From Sedimentisphaerales bacterium (lineage in GTDB: Bacteria; Planctomycetota; Phycisphaerae; Sedimentisphaerales; SM23-30), in the NCBI GenBank assembly GCA_963666285.1, contig OY762711.1: a DNA stretch of 64,000 nt. One strand, 5' to 3'. Of this stretch, positions 41,023-49,900 are shown in pieces. Both the position numbers and the translations under genes were made by a program. A model generated the notes under the pieces. The model was not told where the DNA came from. It saw only the letters and a program-made list of their open reading frames with translations, and searched no databases. Within the stretch, counting starts at the first letter, position 1. Every line of letters begins with the position of its first letter.

Positions 41023-43443
41023 TTGAATTTGTTACGATACCTTGCCATTATTGCTGTTATTATCGCTCTATCCCTGGTCGGATCAGGTATCGCCATGGGT
41101 GCGGATTTATCTGCCGAAGAGGTTATGGCAAAGGTGCTGCTCGATCAGAATGCGGCTTATGATGTTAAGTTAGCTAATGCAAAAGTTCTTCTTGCTTCTA
41201 ATGCCGGCTGTGAAAAACTGGTTATTATACTTAATGGCCAGAATCATATCGAAGCCAAAAAACTCATCTGCGAAGTGCTCAGCAAAGCCAGCCCGGAAGG
41301 GCTCTTTGTTACTAATCGCGGTATACCAGATATTTTTTTAGAGCCTTTATTCAAATGCCTCTATTCCGGTGATGCCCAGTTATCCGGCAAGGCGGCTTTG
41401 GCTCTGGCTGATTGTTTCTCTCAGAAATCCTTAGCCAGGCTCGCCGGTACTGCGGTCTCTGACCAGGCCAAACTCGAACACAGACTGGCCGCTATCTCTG
41501 CTATTGAAAATATTTCCGGGCGTGAAGCTCTTCTCAATCTGGCTGAACTGCTCAAGGATGAATTGCCCGAAATCAAAGACAGGGCTGCCCAGGCTATCTG
41601 CCAGAGACTCATGATTGACAAGGAAGATTTTGATCCGGATTATTTCACCGCTGTTGAACTGCCGAATATTCGATGGATGAGTGATGTGGAATATCTTATG
41701 TTCCAGACCAGGAACCTGTCTCGAAAAAATAAGCATCTGGCATTTGAAGAGAAAACTCTCCAGGAGCAGATGCTGTTCTGGCAGCAGAAGTATCTTAGAA
41801 GTGAAACTGACAGGTTCAACTCACTTACTCCCGATAACAAGCTTGTTATGCTCAAGGAAAAGCTGAATACCTCCCAGGAGCAGGCCGTCAGGCAATGGGC
41901 CGCCCGCCAGCTGGTTACCTGGAGCAATACCGCCAACGCTCGCGAAGGTGAAGTTGCCAGGGAAATGATCAAACTGCTCGGCGAGCTTATTACCGATGAC
42001 CAGGAATATATCAGGGTAGCTGTGGCCGAGGTGCTTAGTGTATTCGGCAATAAGGCCGGTACCGAACCGCTTATCCAGCAGCTGCTTAAACATCTTGAAT
42101 CAGAGCAGAGCCCAAAATGCCTGCGCGCGGTGTTAAATACCCTCGGACAGCTTCAGTATACTCCTGCTTTTGAACAGTGCATCAAAGTCTGGGAATCTTG
42201 CAAAGATGACGACGTTGCTGCCGCTGCGATCTCAGCTGCCGGTAAAATTTCGGCTAAAATTCCGGCTGAGGAATCTGCACGGATCAGGCTGCTGGTAGAT
42301 TCGATTACCGCTAATTTTTCTAATACAGCTGATAGTCCTGTTTTGAGAATTGCTGTTTTCCAGGCAATTAAAAAGATTATCGAAGATGAAAAATGGCAGA
42401 ATCTGGCTGCCGAACCTTTTGGCAGGCTTATCGCTGATGGACTTGCCGATAAGCTCGCCGATGTCCGGTCTCTGGCGGTCTATAGCCAGATCGCACTTTT
42501 GAAGGAACAGGCTCCGGCCAGGCTTATTGATGCCGGGCTTCTTGACGACCCGGAAGCTCCTGTCAGGTTTGCCGTTATCGAGGCTGTTGATAAATTCGGT
42601 TCCGCGAAGTATCTGGATATACTGAAAAACAGGCTCAAAGATGAACAAAGCCCGGATGTCAAGGTCAGGCTTCAGGAGGCTATGGTACATATCTTAAATT
42701 CGATGCAGGTTGACGATGTCTTCAATTGGATTGTCAATCTTCAGAACGGCTCTGAGGCTATTAGAATACTGAAACTGCAGGCGGTGGCGATTTTAAGTGA
42801 AAAGGCCAGCACCCTGAAGAGCCAGACCGGTTCTATTGACCCAAAATATGAAATTGCAATTCTGGAGTTTTCTATTGCCGATTACCTGCGCAAACAGCAG
42901 TACGAGCAGGCTGCCCAGGCGATGGTAGACCTCTTGAACATCAAAATTGACGATGCCAAGCGGGTTGAAGTCTGTGATATGATCTTCAACCTGATTTTCG
43001 ATAATAATATTGACCCCGCTAGAAGGGCTAAATCTCTTGATATTCTCCAGGTAGCAGTTACGGCAAATATTAGAGCCTACGATTCTTTACTTTCCGGTTT
43101 CCAGGAAAAATATCTCGCCGCTGCCAGTGAAACTATCGAAAATGTTCTCTTTAGAGCCAGGGTTCTCAAGCAGCTGATTTTCTCTTCTGCCAATGCCAAT
43201 AATGGCACAGAAGTTTACCTGCCTGCTGATTTCTGGGTACGGCAGGGTACTGAACTTTCTGATATTATTATCGAAAAGGTAATCGCCGGTGAACTCTCCC
43301 TGGATCAGGAAACAGCAGCAATTCTAAAAGCTATTGATATCCGCCTTGCTGATATGCCGTCGGAACCGCAGCCGCGATTAGAGTTCCTGAAAAAACTGAA
43401 GCAACCATCACCAGCTACCGCTCCTGCTGCTGCTGCCCAGTAG
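41023..43443 (+). CDS. Exported HEAT-repeat protein
   Basis: Signal peptide; repeated L.D....VR..A..AL motifs; TTG start after AAGGA. Confidence 0.75.
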   Translation: MNLLRYLAIIAVIIALSLVGSGIAMGADLSAEEVMAKVLLDQNAAYDVKLANAKVLLASNAGCEKLVIILNGQNHIEAKKLICEVLSKASPEGLFVTNRGIPDIFLEPLFKCLYSGDAQLSGKAALALADCFSQKSLARLAGTAVSDQAKLEHRLAAISAIENISGREALLNLAELLKDELPEIKDRAAQAICQRLMIDKEDFDPDYFTAVELPNIRWMSDVEYLMFQTRNLSRKNKHLAFEEKTLQEQMLFWQQKYLRSETDRFNSLTPDNKLVMLKEKLNTSQEQAVRQWAARQLVTWSNTANAREGEVAREMIKLLGELITDDQEYIRVAVAEVLSVFGNKAGTEPLIQQLLKHLESEQSPKCLRAVLNTLGQLQYTPAFEQCIKVWESCKDDDVAAAAISAAGKISAKIPAEESARIRLLVDSITANFSNTADSPVLRIAVFQAIKKIIEDEKWQNLAAEPFGRLIADGLADKLADVRSLAVYSQIALLKEQAPARLIDAGLLDDPEAPVRFAVIEAVDKFGSAKYLDILKNRLKDEQSPDVKVRLQEAMVHILNSMQVDDVFNWIVNLQNGSEAIRILKLQAVAILSEKASTLKSQTGSIDPKYEIAILEFSIADYLRKQQYEQAAQAMVDLLNIKIDDAKRVEVCDMIFNLIFDNNIDPARRAKSLDILQVAVTANIRAYDSLLSGFQEKYLAAASETIENVLFRARVLKQLIFSSANANNGTEVYLPADFWVRQGTELSDIIIEKVIAGELSLDQETAAILKAIDIRLADMPSEPQPRLEFLKKLKQPSPATAPAAAAQ

Positions 43444-43511
43444 ACCGAAATTCCTCTTCCTACTGGTTTTTCCCTTTTCCCTCGCTTCTCTTTTTTCTCT
43501 CCTCACTCTTA

Positions 43512-44774
43512 TCATCCTTTAAAGAATATCCCTGCCATACAGCCGGTCATCATACATGCCAGGTTAGACGCTATCAAAGCTCGCACTCCCACTGCCGACA
43601 GGTCTTTCTTTCGCTCCGGTGCTATTGCCGCTACCGCTCCGATAAAGATAGAAATTGATGCGATATGTGAAAAACCGCATAAACTATAGGCCGCTATGAC
43701 CGCGGTTCGTGATGATATCTCGCCTGCCTGCATTATCTCTGACAATTTGAAATATGCCGGGATCTCGGTCTGGGTAAATCTTATTCCCAGTAATTCCCCA
43801 ACGCTGTCTATCTCATTCGACGCCACTCCCATCAGGTATGCCAGCGGCTTGAATACATATCCAAATATTTCCTGCAGGGGTGATGTTATACTGCTCTCGA
43901 CCGCTATTATTCCGGTAATATGGCACAGCCATAACAAAGCCATATCCAGCAGTGCCAGCAATCCCAGGAATATTATCAGGCTTGCAGCTATCCCTACCAC
44001 CATCCGCACACCGGTCATCGATCCGTTCAGCAGAGCCTCCATCATTGTAGACTCTTTCTCATAATGAATCTCTGCTTTCTTGCCCAGTGTCAGCGGCTGG
44101 CCCGTTTCCGGGTAGATTATCTTACTCATTATTATCGCTGCCGGTGCCGACAATATCGAAGCTGATATCAAATGACCGGCAATAGTCGGAAATACATCCT
44201 GCAGATTCTTGATATATATCGCAAGTGTTGTTGATGCCACTGTTGCCATGCACGCTGTCAATACCGTGCACAATTCCGACCTTGTCATCTTCGCCAGGTA
44301 CGGTCTTATCGCGATCATCGATTCGCTGCCGACAAATATATTAGCCGCCGAACATAAACTCTCCGCTCCGCTTATATCCATTATCCGGTTGAATATGTTC
44401 GCAAATAACTTTACCAGCAGCTGCATTATCCCAAGGTAATAGAGCAGGCCCGATAACGCCGCAAAAAATATTGCCAGCGATAAACCCTGAATCGCCAGGA
44501 TAAATCCTATCGATCCGTCTGCTAACGGTCCGAACAAAAACTCTATCCCGGCCATTGCACCGGATATTATATTGATCGCCAGAGTATTCAGGTGCAAAAA
44601 TAACTCCTTGCTGCCCGGCACGAGAAATACCAGGGCTCCCAGTGCAAACTGAAACGCCAGCCCGCCAAATACGGTCTTCTTGTCAAATTTTTTCCTGTTC
44701 GCTGACAGCAGCCATGCTATCAGCAGAAATACAAACAGCCCGCAAACGCTGATTAAGTTCAATTTATATGCCAT
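43512..44774 (-). CDS. Concentrative Na+/H+ nucleoside transporter (CNT/NupC family)
   Basis: GAESL..AANIFVG.E, MATVAS, LISASILSAPA, LCGFSH. Confidence 0.9.
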   Translation of the reverse strand: MAYKLNLISVCGLFVFLLIAWLLSANRKKFDKKTVFGGLAFQFALGALVFLVPGSKELFLHLNTLAINIISGAMAGIEFLFGPLADGSIGFILAIQGLSLAIFFAALSGLLYYLGIMQLLVKLFANIFNRIMDISGAESLCSAANIFVGSESMIAIRPYLAKMTRSELCTVLTACMATVASTTLAIYIKNLQDVFPTIAGHLISASILSAPAAIIMSKIIYPETGQPLTLGKKAEIHYEKESTMMEALLNGSMTGVRMVVGIAASLIIFLGLLALLDMALLWLCHITGIIAVESSITSPLQEIFGYVFKPLAYLMGVASNEIDSVGELLGIRFTQTEIPAYFKLSEIMQAGEISSRTAVIAAYSLCGFSHIASISIFIGAVAAIAPERKKDLSAVGVRALIASNLACMMTGCMAGIFFKG

Positions 44775-44871
44775 TCGTCTCGTCCTATAATATTATGCAT
44801 ATCTTGTTATCTGACTCAAAAAAGCCGTATTATTCAGTATATCCTGCATTATAGTTAAATTTTATCTCTAA

Positions 44872-44892
44872 ATCAGGTAAATTTTACCTGAT
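44872..44892. promoter_or_regulatory. Perfect 21-bp palindrome, candidate operator
   Basis: ATCAGGTAAA-T-TTTACCTGAT in the divergent transporter/flagellin intergenic region. Confidence 0.5.
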
Positions 44893-45026
44893 ATCCTATT
44901 TTCACATTTTGAACGCTAACTAATATATATTAAATTTTGGTGAAGGATATTCTCTCAAAAGAATTTCCGGGCAGAAATATATCAGCCTGTTATGGCTGAG
45001 GCAGAATAATAATATTTAGTCTATAG

Positions 45027-45061
45027 AGGCACTATCGCACAATGCGGTGGTGCCTTTTTTT
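45027..45061 (+). terminator. Intrinsic terminator inside the flagellin 5' leader (attenuator)
   Basis: 13-bp stem AGGCACTATCGCA/TGCGGTGGTGCCT (two G-U pairs) plus T6, 57 nt before the ATG; no upstream plus-strand gene to terminate. Confidence 0.7.
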
Positions 45062-45118
45062 ATGCAGAAATTTTGAAGAAAGGGTAACTATACCTGATTT
45101 TCAGGAGGCATAGTAATT

Positions 45119-46510
45119 ATGGCATTTAGCTTAAATTCATCTTTATCTAGTATGACCACGAACCTGATAAAGTTAGGCACTCAGCTTGAGATGTCAAACA
45201 CCAGGTTATCGACTGGCAAAAAAATCAACAAGGCGTCAGATGATCCGGCCGGACTCATCGCGGCGACCATGTTGAATAAGGAGATCAATGCGCTTGATGC
45301 CAAAATCAGTAGTGCTGAACGAATGAAGGCCGTTGTTGATACTGCTGATGGTGCTATGTCTGAAATTAACAGTCTCCTTACCGAGATTGACTCCGCTATT
45401 ATTGCTGCTGCCGGGTCCACCGCTACCGATGGTGAAAAGGCGGCATACCAGGCACAGATCGACGATGCTATCGATCAGATCGACCGTCTGGCCGGCACAA
45501 CGGCTTTCAATGGAAATAAACTACTGGATGGCTCGACCGGGTATTCCGTCTCTGGAGCCACTTCATCGGAAATTACAGATATTCGTGTGCATCGGGCTAG
45601 TTCTGCGACCGGTGCCTCGATTTCTGTCTCAAAGTCACGTACTGAAACTCAGGCGACACTGGAAATTATGACTGCCGCGCCGACCGGTAATATTGAGTTT
45701 ACTGTTACCGGCGAGGATGGAACCTCTACTGCGCTGACTTTTAACCAGTTTGATTCTCTTAATGATATTAGAGCTGATATAAATCTTCAAACCGGTGATA
45801 CCGGCGTCCAGGCCACTGTCTCTGGCGGTTCATTGTATCTGCTCTCTTCTGACAGTGGACGTGCCGAGTTTGCTACGGTTACTGTTACTTCCGGTGCTGG
45901 CGATTTCTCCATTACCGGCTCTTCGGCTACCGCTTACGGCACGACGACCGATACCGTTACCGCAAATGGTGTCTCGCTTACTCAGGATGTCGAAGGCAGC
46001 TATACCTATTCCGATAGCAGTACAACCGTAGAATTCAATCTCGTCGACAGCTTTACCGGCACTACCAGTTTCTCTGTCAGCGGCAGCGGGGCGGGGTGGT
46101 CGCTCAACGGTGAAGAAATAAATTTCGGTATAAACAGTATGTCAAGCTCCACGCTCGGCAATATAAATGTCGGATATCTCAGCTCGCTGAAAAGCGGTGG
46201 GGCAAACTCTATCAGCAGTGGCAATTCGTCAACTGCACAGAGTATTGTCGATGAAGCTCAAAATCAGGTGCTCACCGAGCAGGGTTACCTCGGTAGTATT
46301 AGTAAATATACTATCGATTCTTCGATTAGCGCATGGGAGTCTGGCAAAAGCTCTCTTACCGAGTCGCTCAGTGTTATCCAGGATGTTGATTATGCTTGGG
46401 AATCTGCCAATAATTCCAGGCTTCAGATCTTGTACGAAACACAGGCATCCTTGATCAGTAGTATGCTCGATATGTCCAGTAAGAATATGAGTACGCTGCT
46501 TAACTTCTAA
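45119..46510 (+). CDS. Flagellin-family protein (divergent)
   Basis: RLSTGKKINKASDDPAGL, TADGAM.EI, FNGNKLLDG, C-terminal S.IQDVDYA.E; AGGAGG RBS. Confidence 0.9.
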   Translation: MAFSLNSSLSSMTTNLIKLGTQLEMSNTRLSTGKKINKASDDPAGLIAATMLNKEINALDAKISSAERMKAVVDTADGAMSEINSLLTEIDSAIIAAAGSTATDGEKAAYQAQIDDAIDQIDRLAGTTAFNGNKLLDGSTGYSVSGATSSEITDIRVHRASSATGASISVSKSRTETQATLEIMTAAPTGNIEFTVTGEDGTSTALTFNQFDSLNDIRADINLQTGDTGVQATVSGGSLYLLSSDSGRAEFATVTVTSGAGDFSITGSSATAYGTTTDTVTANGVSLTQDVEGSYTYSDSSTTVEFNLVDSFTGTTSFSVSGSGAGWSLNGEEINFGINSMSSSTLGNINVGYLSSLKSGGANSISSGNSSTAQSIVDEAQNQVLTEQGYLGSISKYTIDSSISAWESGKSSLTESLSVIQDVDYAWESANNSRLQILYETQASLISSMLDMSSKNMSTLLNF

Positions 46511-46636
46511 AATTTAACTTGTAACACTCTAATATGATTATATTGTGAAACTTTGCACAATGGGTTTAAGCTTTAATGCTTTTTGAACTTATCTGCTTTA
46601 ACATTAATAAAGCAGAGAGGGGAGAAGTGGAGATCG

Positions 46637-46698
46637 CCCGGCATCCGGGACTTAGCCAACGTAGTTTGTTGACCAGGTCCCGGATTGTCGGGTTTTTT
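46637..46698 (+). terminator. Long GC-rich hairpin terminator downstream of flagellin
   Basis: CCCGGCATCCGGGAC...GTCCCGGATTGTCGGG followed by T6. Confidence 0.65.
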
Positions 46699-46991
46699 AT
46701 TGGCCTGATAAAAATAATCTTTAAAGGTGCCATTGGAGCACTTTAATCTTTTCTTTTCATTTGCTGTTCCGCGGCTTTGCCTTCAAACTTCACATATGTT
46801 TGATTGCTATGTGACTATTGTGCAGTTAATAGTACAATTGTGCACTTGTATTAATGTGCATTATTATGCTATAGTGACAGTAAGATTTTTGCGATATATA
46901 TATGGCATAAACTAGCGATAGAGAATAGATAGTTGTACTATCATTGCAAAGAATTGCACTATAGTAAAAGTAAAGGATTAAAGGTGTGTAT

Positions 46992-49900
46992 ATGAGCAAA
47001 AAGAGTAATACTCTTTTATGTGGGTTTTCTGTGTTTTTTCTCCTGTTATCTTCATTTTGTCTGGCTGATTTTGTTGCCTATAATGATTGTATCAGGGGTG
47101 ATGGCGATACTACTGCCGATAATGTTACCGGTTATACTATCTATAATGACTACACCTCAAATACTACCGGTAACCTCATAGATTTTGCCACCGGTGAAAC
47201 AACTTCTGTTACCGCCGCGTTTTCATGGAATGCCTCTACCGGGCTCGATACCAGTGAGACTTCTGGCTCAGCAGACGGCATCAGTCAGCCGCGGCCGGGT
47301 ACTCCTGCTTACGATGTCTTCGGCGGAATTGTAGATTTTTCTAACAGGCTTGTATATTACGGTTCGTCTGGCTGGTGGGTAGAAATAGAATTCTCCGGCC
47401 TTAAGCCAAACAGTACTTATTCATTTGCCACTACTGCTATTCGTGCCAATGATTATACCGGGCGGTACACTCTCTTTACTATCTCCGGTTATACCAGTGC
47501 CGTGAATATGAGCTCTGATGATATTTATTATAAAAGTGGCAACAAGACTATCCTTTCAGCTCCCGGCAATCACAGGGATACAACGGGCTATATTGTTCGA
47601 TGGGACGATATTCAAGTCGCTGATCAAGGTGACGGTACCGGCTCTTTTACCGTCCGCGCCGAAGCGTATGATTTTTATAAAGCTTATCCGTTCGGTGGTT
47701 TTATGCTGTCCGAGGTCTCTTCCAACAGCAAACCGAATGTCAGTGCCGGCGATGACCTGGTAGTGGAATATCCTATCGAGTATATAACCTTAAACGGCTC
47801 TGTTGCAGATGACGGCGAAGGTATTCCTCAAGGGTTCCTTGAAAGTGCATGGTCACAGGTGTCCGGACCGGCTGATGTCGAGTTTGTTACAGGTATAGAT
47901 AACGAAGATGTCACTGTCAGATTTCCTGAAATCGGTGAATATACTCTACAGCTTTATGCCACTGATGGTGAGTTCGATTCTTACGATCAGGTTACTGTAA
48001 CTATCGCTGAACCTTCCTGCCCGATTGGTGATATCGGCGGCGATTGTATCGTAGAGATGGCTGATATGGTTCAGCTTGCCGCTGACTGGCTTGATGATAC
48101 TAACGCCGCTGCTGACCTGAACGGCGACTCGATTGTTTCTATGATTGAGGTCTCGCTGCTCGCCCAGAGCTGGCAGCAGAACTGGACCGGATCGCTCCAG
48201 GTAAACATTTCGCCAGTCGATGCTGTAAACGCTGGCGCACGCTGGCGCGTTGATGGCGGCAGCTGGCTTTCTTCCGGCAGCATTGTTACTGCATTACCGG
48301 AAGGCAGTCATACTATCGAGTATGCAGCTGTTACCGGCTGGGTAGCTCCTGACCTGGAAACTGTATATGTTACTCGCCGGCAGGAAGCCCTGCTTGATGC
48401 TGTTTATGAAGTGCCGGTTCAGACTCTCGCTATAAATGAGTTCATGGCTGTTAATTCTAATCTGCTCGATATTCGCCCACAGCCGGAAACCAATATCTAC
48501 ACCTCTGTCAACGGCGAGCCGGCCTATGATGACTGGATCGAAATCAAGAATATGACCGATGATACTGTCAGCCTTGACGGCTGGTATCTCACCGACAATC
48601 CTGACAATCTTACCAAGTGGCAGTTCCCGGAGGGATATTCGATAACGGGTCAAGGCTATTTTACTGTCTTTGCGTCAGATAAAGATAGCGAAAAATATGG
48701 ATATCCTTATATTGACGATGACGGCAGTCTTCATACCAATTTCGACCTCAAAAACAGCGGCGAATATCTCGCTCTGGTTCAGCCTGACGGTGTAACCATA
48801 GAACAGCAGTTCAGTGACTATCCTCGTCAGCGTGGCTTGGTCTCCTATGGCTCAGCTTCTGATGATGTCGATAATATCGGATATCTCACCAGCCCGACCT
48901 TTGCCGCTGCTAACTCAGCTATCTATGATGGACTTGTAGAAGATACTAAATTCAGTATCGATCGTGGTTTTTATGATGAACCTTTCGACCTTGAGATTAC
49001 TTGTGATACTGTTGACGCTCAGATTTACTATACCATTGACAATTCCGAACCGACCGAAACCAATGGTACTCTTTATACTGGTCCGATCACTATTTCTTCT
49101 ACAACCTGTCTGCGTGCTGCTGCTTTCAAATCTGGGCTGCTCCAGTCAAACATAGACACACAGACCTATCTGTTCCTCGATGATGTGCTTACTCAGGCTA
49201 CGGGTTCTTCCGGTTCACAGGTTACACCTACAGGGTACCCGGTATATTGGGTTAGCAGGTACAATGGTGCTACGGTAGCTGGCGACTATCAGGTTGACCC
49301 GGATATAACCGACCCGGACGGATTGTATGGCTCTGTCTATGCCGATGGCTTTAAAGACGATCTGCAGGCAATTCCTAGTATATCTCTTGTTATGCCGATC
49401 GAACTGCTGTTTGGATCTTACGGCATATATGTCGACCAGAATCAGGACGGTACCGAGCGTGCCGGGTCTGTTGAGTTCCTCGATCCGACCGGCACCGAAA
49501 AATTCCATACCAACTGCGGCATACGTATGCAGGGCGGTGTTACTGATATCGGCGGCACAACTCTGGACCGATGGAAATGCTACAAACTTTCGTTCCGTCT
49601 TATGTTCCGCGGCATCTTTGGCGGTCAACTTGACTATAAACTGTTCGACGATAGTGATGTCGATACTTTCAATACCATTGTTCTGGACTCACGCCCTCAA
49701 AATACCTGGGTACATAGCGACGCCGTCCAACGCACACACGGCGAATATGTTCGCGACCAGGTCGCCTCTAATACCCAGATTGCTATGGGCGGCTATGCCT
49801 GTCACGGCAGACCGGTACACGTATATCTCAACGGCATGTACTGGGGACTTTACTGGATGCACGAACGACCCGACGCTGCCTTTGCCGCTTCATATCTCGG

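Noticed and set aside
45038..45049. ANTAR-like hexaloop CAC-AAUGCG-GUG overlapping the leader terminator
   Set aside because: Only one such loop; the required upstream partner hairpin with an A1/G4 loop was not found
44935..45061. c-di-GMP-I or -II riboswitch call for the flagellin leader
   Set aside because: Lacks the GCAAA/GNRA-receptor pattern of class I and the GGGCAC...GUGCAACC pseudoknot of class II; reported as an unknown attenuator instead
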